Origin: Hormiphora californensis | Taxonomy: Eukaryota; Animalia; Ctenophora | DNA: 64,000 bases | Assembly (NCBI GenBank): GCA_020137815.1 | Contig: CM035353.1 | Span: 3,596,001-3,660,000 of the forward strand | Reading direction: 5' to 3' | Part shown: one piece after another, positions 11,201-21,900 of the stretch | Layout of the letters: each line of letters begins with the position of its first letter | Position numbering within the stretch: position 1 is the stretch's first letter | Notes under the pieces: model-generated | Told to the model about the DNA's origin: nothing | The model's database searches: none | Seen by the model: only the letters and a program-made list of their open reading frames with translations | Translations under genes and position numbers: made by a program

Positions 11201-12935
11201 ATGTGAGCCGAGAGTGTTTAAATCAGTTTAATTCAGTGTTTTGGGTCTACCATTTTTTGATATACGTCTTTAAGTAACCGCTCAGATCGCCTCTCAGTGT
11301 CAGTGTCAGTTCTACTACACTGGCCCTGTGAGGTAAGGGCGGCATATAAATAGACATATTATTATTATTATTATTAAAACAGCAGCGGAGAGAGAATTGC
11401 CTTTAAAATGTTTTTAGTTTCCCTAGTTAGGCTCATCATCAATCTCCCCCTCCCCCTCCCCCTCCCCACCCACCCCCGACCCCCTTCCCCCTCGGCAGAC
11501 CTGTGAGACGGTTGAAGAGGTCGAATGGCATGTGGAGGCGATCAAGGAATACATGCCCGGCACCCCCATCTGTGCATCTCTCTGCATCAACGAACATACC
11601 GACATCCAGGGAGTGCCCACAGGGGAGTGTGGCGTGAGGCTGGTGAGAGCGGGGGCTGACGTTGTCGGGGTAAACTGTTATTTTGACCCATTCCAGTCCA
11701 TTAATTCTGTCAAGAAGATGATCAAAGCGGTTAAGGATGCCGGCCTCAAGGTAGGTGCACTGCATAGTGTATTCAGGTATATTATTACGAAGTACAGTCG
11801 GACCCCGATTTTGGGGCCCCCGATTTAGTGGCACCCCGATTTAGGGACAGAATTTTTCCCCCCGATATAGGAAATTAACCTTATTTGACCCCGATTTAGT
11901 GGACACCCCGATTTAGTGGACAAGAGCCTTTCCCCTGAGGGTGTCCCTAAATCGGGGTCCGACTGTATATTATTACGAAGTCACCCCTATAATAACTATT
12001 CCGTGAGCTTTTGCGGAGGGGTAATTTCATGTCCAAATGTCTCCATTAATTTCAGGCTCACTTTATGACACAGCCACTGGCAATGTGGACCCCAGATGCA
12101 GGTGTCCAGGGATTCATTGATTTACCTGAGTTCCCCCTTGCATTTGAGCCGCGGACTATAACCCGGTTTGAGGCGGCACGTTACGCACGGGAGGCTTTCG
12201 AAGCAGGTAGTTTAATAGACTTTGCACCCGAACTTTCTTCAACGATCGATCTTTTTGTGAAAAAAGATCGAGTCCTATACAAATTAATTTCATCCTAATA
12301 TTTCTTCTACCAAGTGAAATCTACCAACTATGTGTTCTGCTTGGTGACAAAGTCGTGCGCTGACAAGGGAGGGGTAACTTCGTAATACCAAATGTAACCA
12401 TGGTTACTAACAGCTGTAACCAAATGTTCTGCAGGAATCATGTTTATTGGTGGTTGCTGTGGTTTTGAATCCTATCACATTCGAGCGGTGAGCGAGGAAC
12501 TATCAGCGGAGAGAGGGGGTTACCTCCCAGCGAATTGTACTAATTGGGGAAAAGCACTGGAGCTTAACACGAAACCCTGGGTAGGTTTAAATACTGGTCC
12601 CTGATTGGCTAATAACCAATCACGTGACCTAAATAACGAGTTCTGATTGGTTGTTTACTTGTTTCGGTCGGTTCTTGGTATAACATTATTGTTACACACG
12701 TGATGTGATCACATAGCACGTTGTATTATCACAAACTTGAATGCATATATAGGGATTTAGGGGAAGCTAGGTCTAATGTCGTTTTGAATGTTCTCTGAAG
12801 TTCCAGATTCACATAAGATAATCATGCAGGTACGAGTGAGGGCAAAAAGGGAGTACTGGGAAAATCTTAGACCCGCAACCGGGAGGATATATTCTCCGAC
12901 AATGAGTAAACCTGACGATTGGGGTATTCTACCAG
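2267..12935 (+). CDS. BHMT: Betaine--homocysteine S-methyltransferase, multi-exon. Exons: 2267-2293, 2452-2577, 2874-2993, 5053-5244, 11499-11750, 12056-12206, 12435-12580, 12830-12935. A last exon probably lies in the low-quality sequence after ~13.1 kb.
   Basis: GT-AG exons join in phase. They give [72 protein letters not shown] and [16 protein letters not shown], all BHMT hallmark motifs, including the three Zn-binding Cys. Confidence 0.95.
3073..4981. mobile_element. Tc1/mariner-type MITE in BHMT intron 3 (about 270 bp without the nested insert)
   Basis: 37-bp TIR CAGGGTGGGCCAGAAACATGGAGCCACTTG(G/T)AGATAA at both ends; TA on both flanks (3071-72, 4982-83). Confidence 0.85.
3283..4914. 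mobile_element. 1.63-kb foldback element nested in the MITE above
   Basis: Termini GGGCAATTT...AAATTGCCC. TSD is ATGGGAGA (or CATGGGAGAG if the termini are GG/CC). Inverted arms of ~580 bp are built of TATAGACGCA-like subrepeats, around a GA-rich then CT-rich core. Confidence 0.85.
5314..5367 (-). ncRNA. Second hammerhead copy, core mutated (GAAA to AAAA)
   Basis: Same architecture 460 nt away, but reads ...GGCACCAT-AAAAC-ATGTGTA. The catalytic G12 is lost. Confidence 0.7.
5774..5827 (-). ncRNA. Minimal type-I hammerhead ribozyme, intact core
   Basis: Minus strand reads GTCTA-CTGATGA-T-TGGTGCCTC-CTCGT-GGGGCACCA-T-GAAAC-ATGT-GTA^TAGAC. Stem I is GTCTA/TAGAC, with the CUGAUGA box, a 9-bp stem II, GAAA, a minimal stem III with palindromic ACATGT, and a GUA cleavage triplet. 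Confidence 0.8.
6201..6242 (+). other. Genomic copy of the ctenophore spliced-leader exon, fused to the LINE 5' end
   Basis: GTTTCAAACTTTTCAACACTACTTTAAACAAATTAATTTGAG matches, from memory, the cydippid ctenophore SL ending in AATTAATTTGAG. It is followed by GATTCG rather than a GT donor, so it is a processed leader and not an SL-RNA gene. Confidence 0.8.
6431..7729 (+). CDS. LINE ORF1, gag-like nucleic-acid-binding protein with three zinc knuckles (432 aa)
   Basis: [19 protein letters not shown] and CANC..H..C motifs, directly upstream of APE/RT. Confidence 0.88.
   Translation: MAGVATQNVVITCKQDLKGELLTMSLSEKCKGISMAKSLSDGADTPPTGGTVKVLWTLLVKIYQALPDGPGHRCPTSSSESTVSFTADDLKETFAKLKMDLLDTLPDLVAPKVSEILGPKSPSHETTPGFGNVPVQSTSPATPVKRYLSIKDKGDDGTTPMCETRWSNVLKPQVETALMSIPVLDLSVNKRRTHLHFETDDQLEKAKEKLSPFLEVSTFVEKEKKKDPRIMINDLDQDLLDNERLMSAIVSDKNEEVKKLNDEGHMIKVVHVNKAGRYAVVQVTPEVRKAISEKKDRLFLKLRQHVVKNRFYVTQCYHCQRFGHVAGSIYCPNKDKSAVCAFCTGDHDTRQCKAKLDNDVGRMKCANCEQSGKEDKRHAKTHPASSGLCPFYINARARLMETTSGVTSEEKNVYLTRAWEDLRTKRFGRLAR
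7684..10985 (+). pseudogene. LINE ORF2 (AP endonuclease + reverse transcriptase), disrupted
   Basis: APE motifs TLNV, IQET, IYRPP, MGDFN, TLDLI, SDH. RT motifs [30 protein letters not shown]. Broken by a MITE plus inverted arm (8967-9305), a 7-bp insertion (~9389-9395) and a premature TGA at 10851; the frame continues as [20 protein letters not shown] to 10985. Confidence 0.9.
9020..9305. mobile_element. 286-bp MITE inserted in LINE ORF2
   Basis: Near-identical reverse-complement copy of the same length at 45147-45432. Imperfect TIR CAGTCCGTCA / CACGGCGTCA-TACACATTTTTA. Confidence 0.85.
11795..11965. mobile_element. MITE with TIR CAGTCGGACCCCGATTT, TA-flanked
   Basis: Intact TIRs. Other copies at 40130-40292 and 45557-45707; partial copies near 15470, 30730, 30970, 43280, 57190 and 62895. 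Confidence 0.85.
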
Positions 12936-12949
12936 GTATTATTATATAC

Positions 12950-15440
12950 CTAGAGATAGAGAGAGAGAGAGAAAAAGAAGAGAGAGAGAGAGAGGAGGGA
13001 GAGAGAGAGAGAAGAAGAGAGAGAGAGAGAGAGAGAGAGGAGGAGGGGGGAAGAAAGAAGGGAAGGGAGAGAGAGAAAGGGGGGGGTTTTTTTTTTTTTG
13101 GGGGTTTTTTCCCCCCAAAAAAAGGGGGAGAAGATCCAGGGGGGTAACAAAAAAACTCTATCAGGGTGAACTTAAAACCCATCGTTGTTCTTTAAGGAAT
13201 TTGGGTATAAATTAAAGCTTGATTGCTTAAATGGTGCCTATTATAACCACTGGAGGGCGGGCCCCGGGAAAAGGATGATAATGAATGGATTCGGAAATGC
13301 AGGGGTCCAAAAAAAATGAAGAACCAATTTTTAAATTTGGTTTTCGTCTGACGCCGTGTCGGCGCACTAAATAAACTTGAACATTTAGTACACAGCTGGT
13401 AACAATTTAAAGTGCGACATTGAAAAGCCGTGATTGGTTGGCGATTTAAATTTTTATATTACGGATTTTAAATTTATTTTAAAATTATTTTGTCATCCAA
13501 TGCGACCGTTAAAATGATGCACGAGATTGTTACTTATAGAAGGGGGGAGAAATTTTTAAAACCCCTGGTGTGTGCCGAGTTTTAAAAACAAAATTTTTTT
13601 TTTAATTTTAACTTTGGTGTGTGGGGGACCCTTGGATTTGTCCAAAAGGTGACCGAAAGCTCCATGCTCCCAGGGGGTTTTTTAACCACATCAGACCCTA
13701 GGCAAGTTAAAACAAGCTGTTTCATCAAACAATTTTTCAAAAAAAACATTCATTGCGTACAGAGGAAAATAACATTCCGTCTCACCAAATTCATTCTCGC
13801 AAAAAAAAAGCTGCCAGTGAGTCAGGACTCAGCTTGAAGTATATTTTTTTATACAAATATAATTTTTTTATTTATTATAATAATAAGTTTTTCTTTTAAT
13901 AAATATTATATTAAAGAATATTGTAATTATTAAAAATAAATTTTATATATTTTTTCTAAAAATTGTGTTCTAAAACTAACGTTAAATGCAGGTTATATGT
14001 TTTTTCCATTCACCGCACAAACCCAAACCCCCACGAGAATCATCTGAAGAGTTTTTCCAGTTAAATTTAAATTTTTTATTTTTTTTGATTTACTAAGAAT
14101 CTATATTATAAACAAAACCTTTCAGACAAAAATTTGGGGGGGGGGTTTTTGGTTTTCCGTGGAAAATTGGCGTTTTTTTTGGTGGTTTTTGGGGGGGGTT
14201 TTTGGGGAGTTGGGCATGAGGGGGGCAAAGGGTTTTTTTCTGCCTGCATGTTGTGGGGTTTGTATTGCGTGTTCCTTGGGTTTTTTTGGGGTTTGGCCAT
14301 CTACTGCTGTGGCCCCGAGAATGCCAATTTTTCTAACCCGTATCCCTGCTTTAATAACTCTACCCCCAGCTCCAGTTTTTTACGGATCTTTATCACCTAT
14401 TTTGGGATGTTCTTCACTAGTACTCTAAAGTTCCCCTTTCCAGCTTCCATTTATTAACCCCCATTAAGAAACCGATTTTTCCCCGCCGGGGGTTTCCCGG
14501 GGGGTTTTTTTTTTCCCCTTTTTGGGGGGGCTTTTTTGGGGTTTTTTTTTTTTTTCCCCTTTCACCTTTTTTTTTTTTTTTTTTTTTCCTTTTAACTTTT
14601 TTTTTTTATTTTTTCCCTTTCCCCTTTTTTTTTTTTTTATTTAAAAAAAGGGGGGGGGGGTGGGGGGGGGGGGGGGTTTTTGGGGTAATTTTTAAATTTG
14701 GGGGGGGGTTATTTTTAAACAAGCTTGCGGGGGAAAATTTTTTTTTTTTTTGGCAATTATATTCCAAATTTTGGGGGGGGGAAAGGGGTTTTTCCGTGAA
14801 ATTGAGGGTTTTGGGGTGGGGTTTGGGGGGTTTGGGGGGGCAAGGTTTTTTTTTTTTCCCCCTTTTTTGTTTTTTCGGGTTTGGGGGGTTTTGGGGGCCG
14901 TCAAAAGGGTTTTTTTGGGTTTTTGGTTTTTAGAAGTATTTTTTCTCCCGTTGGGGTTTGTTTTTTTTTTTCCCCCCGTTTTGGGGGGGGTTCCGCGGGC
15001 CCAGAATGCAAAGAATTTTTTGCCCCCCTTTTTTTTAAAAGCTTTCCCCAAAAAATTAATATTCACCAGCCGCCAAAAAATTTTGAAGAAAAACGCCCCC
15101 ATAAGAAAAAAAGAGGGGAAAGGGGGGGAGAAAGTTTTTTTTCGGGGGGGGGTTTTTTTGGGGGGGGTTTTTTTTGGGGGTGGGGGGGTTTATTCCCCTT
15201 CCTCTTTTCGGGCCCAAAAAAGGGTACAGGAACCTTACCGGGGGGTGTTTTTTTTTTTCCCTCCAACTGGCGTAAGGGGTTTGGGGGTTGATTTTGGTCA
15301 ACTAGCGGGGGGGGGGGGAAGGGGGGTTTTTGAGAATGAGTATTCAATAATGTGGGGCGAAGCTCCGTAGATTTTGAGAGGATTCGATAGGGGTGGGGGG
15401 ATCATAGGGGGCAGATTTTTTTTGGGTCTTTTGCCTGGGC
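12950..15440. other. Low-quality, homopolymer-inflated assembly segment
   Basis: Long runs of G/T/A/C without coherent structure; GA microsatellite at the edge. Confidence 0.8.
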
Positions 15441-15705
15441 TCTCTAGTCATTTATAATCAAAGTACATTCGGACCCCAGTATACCGGGATGCTTGCGGGA
15501 AATGGATTTGCCCGGTAAATCGGAGTCCGACTACATATCATGTCACGTCAAGCATACACACGGTCGCTGTAGTGGAGAGACACTATAACAGTGTCCAAAC
15601 ACCGTGCGCTAGATCAGGTTGAAAATGTGTTTATTACCGCGCGAGTGTGCGTCTGCGCACGGTGTTTGGACACCGTTTCGACACTACAATTGTTACACTA
15701 TTATA

Positions 15706-17701
15706 TCACACCTGTGCGAGTTTCTTCAAGGGAGATTCGTTTTTGATGAAGTATGCTTCACAGGGGTCGCTCAGGCCCTCCCCGTTCATCGTGATGATAC
15801 TCTGCCCAGGCATGGCTCTTTTTTCGTTCTCAAGAAACTCCTGATCAATTTCCATAGCACTGAAATTAGATACATGATAAATATTATGTATGGAAGAAAG
15901 TGCTAAAATCAGGAACCGACCGAAACAGAACTCGTTATTTAGGTCACGTGACTGGTTATCAGCCAATCAGGGACCAGTATTTCCTGATTCGGTCGGTTCC
16001 TGGCTAAAATAGTAAATGGGTGGTTTCTATGGTAATGGTAGCTGCAACCAAATAACGACAAAATCCTGGAGCTCTTCAATATACAACAGGAACAAGACAG
16101 GCCATGCAGTATAGAGATCTCTGGGCGAAGCAACCATCCAGATACCATATCAGCCACTACACCCGTAGCTATCACAAAACTACTCAGTTACCATAGCAAC
16201 CACCCATTTACCATAGCAACTATTCAGTTACCATAGAAACCACCCAGTTACCATAGCAACCACCCAGTTACCAAGGCCTACCATTTTTCGGTATTCATCT
16301 TTAACCCTTTAAAGTAACCGCTCAGATCGCCTCTCAGTGTCAAGGTTAGTTCTACTGCCCTGCCCCTGTGAGGTAAGGGCGGCATATAAGTGGACATATA
16401 TATCATTATCATTATTGTTATTATTATTAACTGGGTGGTTTCTATGGTAACGAGGTGGTTGCTATGGTAACTGCATGTGGTTTCTATGGTAACTGCATGT
16501 GGTTTCTATGGTAACTGGGTGGTTGATATAATGGTGATTGCTCTATATACCTTGTATCTCGTCGTTGTCGTTGGTAACTAATAAGATTATCGACCATATC
16601 GCTGTTAGATGCCGACCATTCAGCTTTGTATTCCTGCTGGTGAATTTCTTTCAAACAGATCTTGATCTCATCCTGCACCGACTGAAATATTCAAATAAGG
16701 GAGTTAATATCATTTAGTGCATGCAGACCGACTGCATCTGAAACGAAATAAAGTAGAAATGAACGTCGTGATGAGTGTGGTGATGTCCTATCTACACGTG
16801 CAAATAGAGAGCAGCGATAGTAGGGACTTGCACGTGCACATCGAGTTTTTGGGGAATTTTCACAATTTGTAGCTTTTTGGAAAGAACTCAATCTCCTCAT
16901 TCTAAAGAGCCTAAGATTTTTAAAATTGGTTGAGAAATGGCCAAGGTATGGGGTAAACATGTCTCCAGACTCGAAATTGTGCCAAAAAGGTGTTTTTCGA
17001 CTGTGAAAGCTGCTGTTTCAAAGGGGGGGGGGGGGATTTGTGTAGGACTCCAACGGGCTTTCTAGTAATCAATAAACCCGGGTTTATATGTAGCGGGTCA
17101 CAGCCATGTGAAGCAGGGAGGGTGGTATATCCCCCCCATGCATGTTTGGTGGTCCCTAAATCGTCGTCATCAAGATCAGATCACATCACCCAACATGCAT
17201 GATTAGATCACCCCACTGAGGATCAGATCCTCCCACCCATGATCAGATCATCCCATTGAGGATCAGATCACCCCACCCATGATCAGATCACCCCACTGAG
17301 GATCAGATCATCCCAGTGAGTATCAGATCCCACATTTCACCCAGTAGTCCACTGTGCGTGATGAGATCCCCATATAGAGTAGAAAATTGGCGAAGACAGA
17401 GAGAGAAAGAGAGACACAGAGAGACAGACAGAGACAGAGAGAATGAGCGACGGGCCCGGCCCTTTTCGGCCGAAGGCCGAATTACATTGACTAGTGGTAT
17501 ATAACCCGACCAAAGGGGTTTATACATATAAGCAAGGATTTATTGATTGTACGTTTTAGCGGCAAAAATTCTTGCTTTTTATAGCGGGCGGGGTATATCA
17601 GACAAATGTTCATCCGTTGATATTTATAGTACCTTTTCAAGAGGGAGGGCGTTTGAAACAGTGGCCAGTACTAGAAGGAAAACCGCGTTTATAAAATGCA
17701 T
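15706..17701 (-). CDS. Small secreted protein, prohormone-like. Exons 17701-17633, 16681-16551 and 15859-15706, or a donor at 15711 leading to a further Cys-rich exon near 13833-13680.
   Basis: In-phase GT-AG splicing gives MHFINAVFLLVLATVSNALPLEK|SVQDEIKICLKE...YQRQRRDT|SAMEIDQEFLENEKRAMPG...DPCEAY...LAQ. This has a signal peptide plus RQRR and KR sites. Confidence 0.7.
15910..16002. mobile_element. hAT-type MITE (TIR CAGGAACCGACCGAA), internally deleted copy
   Basis: 8-bp TSD GCTAAAAT; family recurs about 12 times in the window. Confidence 0.85.
16312..16428 (+). mobile_element. 3' tail remnant of the same LINE family
   Basis: AAGTAACCGCTCAGATCGCCTCTCAGTGTCA...CCCTGTGAGGTAAGGGCGGCATATAA plus a (TAT)n-like tail, matching 11272-11375. 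Confidence 0.8.
17190..17335. repeat. 20-bp minisatellite GATCAGATCACCCCA(CTGAG/CCCAT)
   Basis: About 7 tandem units visible. Confidence 0.8.
17445..17495 (+). mobile_element. Possible Helitron-like 3' terminus
   Basis: GC hairpin (GGCC..TTCGGCCGAAGGCC) followed by CTAG|T. Similar CTAG|T ends at ~17065, ~21233 and, on the minus strand, ~50464. Confidence 0.35.
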
Positions 17702-18424
17702 GATGATCCCTGGGCGTGTACTGCAGCTCCACTCAGCTACTGTAACAGATGTCAGCTAAAATATAAAAAGGTTAAAATGTTGTGATCAAATATAGTTGTT
17801 CGATTGGGCGTTTTCTTATCTCACGATATGTTTCAAAATACGTCAGAGAAATTGTTTGCAAAATAGTAGCAACCACAACAAATTCACAAAAAATACAGTC
17901 GCTGCAGCAATTAATCGGTATAGTAGTAAACATCGGTATAGTAGTAAACATCCAATTTCAGCCCCGGTCATTGACCATTGACCATTGGTCATTGACCATT
18001 GGTCTCCCGTCTCAGTCTGAAGTTTTGACTGGGTTTTTGGTAACACTGAGAGACTGAAGTGTTTTCCCTCAAATTTTCTAGCGGTGTTCGAAGCTAGAGA
18101 TAAGACAAAATAATTTAATCGGGTTATGTAGGATGTCGTCTAAATACCAAACTACATAAATAGGGACCAACTTACAAAAAAGAACCCGGGTATGTTAACC
18201 ATAAGTACTCGGGTTTTTGCAACCTGTCTTCCTCGCTACGATCTACGACGATTGTCATTCTTTTATACCCGGTCCATATAGCTTGAGCTGAAAAGAAGCG
18301 TTCCATCACGTGATATTCAAATGAGAGGTACTTTTCTCTCACTTAAAGGACAATAAGATACTTCGAGATTTTTGAGTCTCCATCTGCTTCGTATTAAATA
18401 TTCTTTGTGTCACAAACAATTAAA

Positions 18425-18429
18425 GAGAG

Positions 18430-18497
<68 letters not shown>

Positions 18498-20930
18498 GAG
18501 AGAGAGAGATAGCAGAGGAGGAGAGAGATAGAGGAGAGAGCGAAGCTCTCTACTGCTCAGCTAGATCTGCTATCTATCATGCTAGCTCTCTACTACTCTA
18601 TCTGCTCGTCTCGCTAGACTCTAGTCTCCTCTCTATCTGCTGGAACTGCAATCTCTCGATCTCTCGATACTAGTGGACTGTACTCTGCTCAGATACTATC
18701 TTGTTTTGAAGTTCATGCTCATCTCGCATTAGATTAAGAGAACTGCCATGCAAGCATATCTCTTAGTATCTCGAAAGATATGCCATACAGTCGCTTGTTA
18801 AAAACTGCCCCTATTTTTGTTCGTACCGTAACCAGATTATCTACTAGATATATCTACTAGATACATTATAATTCAGATCAAATTGCACACTATATATAAG
18901 TTCATATAATAAAACGTTCCACTGGTGCCCTGTTTCGAATATGTCTCTGTCAATATGGCTACCTAGTTAACTATTGCATAATAATATGTCTTCTCAGATA
19001 AAATGTGTATCGACTGCAGTTTCGATAAAAACTCAGATTTCCGGTATAAAAATATTGATCAATATTGTATTTGAAACATAACCACTGAACAGTCTAGCCA
19101 TCAAGTATGATTCGATGTATACAATATTTATAAATATTCGAATATTATATCAAATTCTGGTCAATTAGATACTCGGGGCAAATTCGAACAACCGGTGGGC
19201 AATTGAACATGGGAAGTTAACAGGAGTGCGGTGCAATTGTTCCCATCCCGGGCAAATAGGGAGTCTTTGCCAGTTGTATCACGTGCGTGAACCGGTCATT
19301 CGAGCGAACGCCAGGGGGAGATTGCGTGTAGATTACCTTGTTTGAATTGCCCCCAAACCTCTAACAACACCAGGGGGGAACCCTTTTTCTGGTGTTGTGA
19401 GACGTTCACGTGATTCCCACGTCAATAAACACTCCTATTGGTGATGCTCGAATTGCCCCGGTAAAACCATTTTTTTTTTTTCCCACCAAAATTTTAAATT
19501 AGTTATTTGTTTTTTAAACTGGGTTCCCTAATTGAAATTTATCTATTTGAAAGATAAAAAAGAACTTTATCCCATAAAAAATTTTTTTTTATTGTATCTT
19601 CTTTTAAAAGGGGGTGAGAACCGATTTAAATAAAAAATTAAAAACCCCTTTTGCCCCGGGGTTTACCCTAATAAATTCTTTTTTTTCCCCGTTCGATTAT
19701 TTTCATGACCAAATAGTTTATATATCTAGTTGATAAAACTAAATGTTGATAAAAATATTGATTCATTTGTCCCTTTTCTTGCTCCTATTTTTTGTTTGCC
19801 CCCCCCCTTTTCCCCTTTTTTTGTTTGTTTCCCCCCCCCCCGTTCCGCCCGGGGTTTAATTGAAACAATATTGATAAAAAATGATAATAAATAATAAAAT
19901 TTAAAGGACAAAGGGAACTCGGTGGCGGTGATTAAGAAATTACTGAAAAAAGATCATCCCGATCAGTATGCTTAAGCCTTCGTCCAAATTTTAAAAGGAG
20001 GGAAAAAAATCTTAATTAAAAAAAAAATAAAACAAAAAATTCCCCCCAAAAAGTTTGGGGGGGGGGGGTTGGGGTGAAAAAATTTTTTTCCCCTTTATTT
20101 TTTCCCCATTTTTCCAAAAAGTTTTTTGGAAGAAACATCGAGATGAGAGAGATGAGAGAGAGAGAGAGATAGAGAGAGAAGAGAGAGGAGAGAGAGAGAG
20201 AGAGCGAAGAGAGAGAAGAGCAGCTAGAAGAGAGAGATGCTAAGCAGAGGATAGATATACAGTAGAGTTAGATGATAGATAGATCTAGTATAGAGATAGA
20301 TCGTCCAGCTGCTCTCAGTTCTCAGTATTGTTTTGAGTTGGGATGGGGGGGGAACGAGAGGAGATACTATATGAAAGATAGATGGAGAGACTGCATAGGG
20401 TCAAGATACTATCTTAGTATCTTGAAAAGATAATGCTCAATACGAGTCGCATTGTTAAAAACTGCCCCTATTTTTCGTCTCGTACCAGCAGATTATCTAC
20501 TAGATATATCTACTAGATACATTATAATTCAGATCAAATTGCACACTATATATAAGTTCATATAATAAGTTCATGTGTTGCCCTGTTCGATATATGTCTC
20601 ATGATCAAATAGTTGATAATAAATATTGATAATAAATATGTATTGATAATAAATATTGATAATGAATATTGATAACAAATATTGATAACAAATATTGATA
20701 ATGATTGTTATGTTCTAACCCTCCCACAGTCTAGCCAGGCAAGATAATGAATATTGATAACAAATATTGATAATAAATATTGATAATAAATAATAAATAT
20801 TAATGGACAAGGAGAGACTCGGTGGACGGTGATTAAGAATTACTGAAATGATCATCACGATCAGTATGCTTATAGCCTTCGTCCAGATTTAAATGGAGGA
20901 AGAAAATCTTAATTAAAAGAATAAAAGATG
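18425..20930. other. (GA)n tracts and noisy duplicated sequence, probable assembly redundancy
   Basis: 18700-19140 resembles 20325-20700, and 19700-20030 is an error-rich version of 20580-20920. Confidence 0.65.
20705..20742 (-). mobile_element. 38-bp minimal copy of the TTG...CAA micro-element
   Basis: TTGTTATGTTCTAACCCTCCCACAGTCTAGCCAGGCAA flanked by the 8-bp TSD GATAATGA. Confidence 0.8.
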
Positions 20931-21579
20931 CAAATGAGTGGCGTGATGAAGATGTCCTATCCACATTCCACATGTGCAAATAAAGGGGGGTTGCCAAGGT
21001 GGTGCTAGTACGTGCTGACACATGAACTTTTTGCCGCGCGTTATGCAACGTGTGTGTCTCACTGTATTTCGCGATACCGTATTTTGACTGCAAGCAGCAC
21101 TGATAGCCCCTACGCAACGGGTGATTGAAGGCTGCACGTGTGGGTTGGTGCAGCGGGTGAGAGGGGTGCTCCTGGGTGAGGGATGGCGTGTGGATTCGGG
21201 TCAACGGGTGCTCTACTTCAACGGGCTTTCTAGTCTATATTTCAATTCAGGGGGAACGTGCAAGTCCCAGGACTTGCATGTTCCCCTGCAATTAGGTAGT
21301 CATGCTACGGCAGTCTGTCTGTTAGTGTTCGCCGTTCGCGAACGCGTTCGGCCCTCGCGTAAGCTCGGCCCGGTGTGACTCACACATGTTCCTCGTCGCG
21401 TCTGTCAGCTCTCACACTGCACTGTGAGAGCTGACAGAGTACGCGACGAGGAACATGTCAAACCAAATGAGTAAGCGGTATACTACCGCGGTAAATACTT
21501 ACTTGGTTCAGCCATTTCAATTGCAAAATCTTGGGCTCATTGTAGGGTGTACACTGTACGGCGTACGTATACAAATATT

Positions 21580-21860
21580 CAAGGTTCTCAAATCACTTTC
21601 TCCTTTTGCACACGACAACATGTATTTTATTTTGTCAGCCCCAAAGTTTCAAGGCGATCGCCCCACCCGATGACGTCATTGCTATGACGAAATTTGCAAC
21701 TCTACGTAAGGCGCCGTTACGCAGCTGGTTCGTTGCATTGTCCTGCCGCGCCGCGCGCGCTAGGTTTGAAGCATTAAAAACGCGTTCATCCAAGAAAAAA
21801 ATCAAAAGTTTTCGTTTTTTGTCCGAAAAAACCTTGATTTTCCTGCGGCAGCCCCTGATT
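21580..21860 (+). repeat. Dispersed repeat, second copy at ~46060-46366
   Basis: Shared CCTTTTGCACACGACAACAT...GCGATCGCCCCACCCGATGACGTCATTGCTATGACG...GCAGCCCCTG. Confidence 0.7.
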
Positions 21861-21900
21861 TGTTAATTGTTCTAAAGAATTTCGCTACAAAAACCTAATA

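Larger units (their letters stand above)
6201..11375 (+). mobile_element. Full-length non-LTR retrotransposon (L2/CR1 group), decayed, in BHMT intron 4 in sense orientation
   Basis: Order is 5'UTR, gag-like ORF1, APE+RT ORF2, then a 3'UTR with hairpin GCCCT-GTGAGGTA-AGGGC and a (TAT)n tail ending ~11375. Possible TSD TTAAAA (6193-6198 and 11374-11379). Confidence 0.93.

Noticed and set aside
14100-15400. F/G/K/P-rich ORFs and apparent G-quadruplex tracts (also at 38-39 kb, 41.5-42.5 kb and 56-57 kb)
   Set aside because: Products of homopolymer-inflated low-quality sequence; they are noisy versions of neighbouring sequence where that can be checked.
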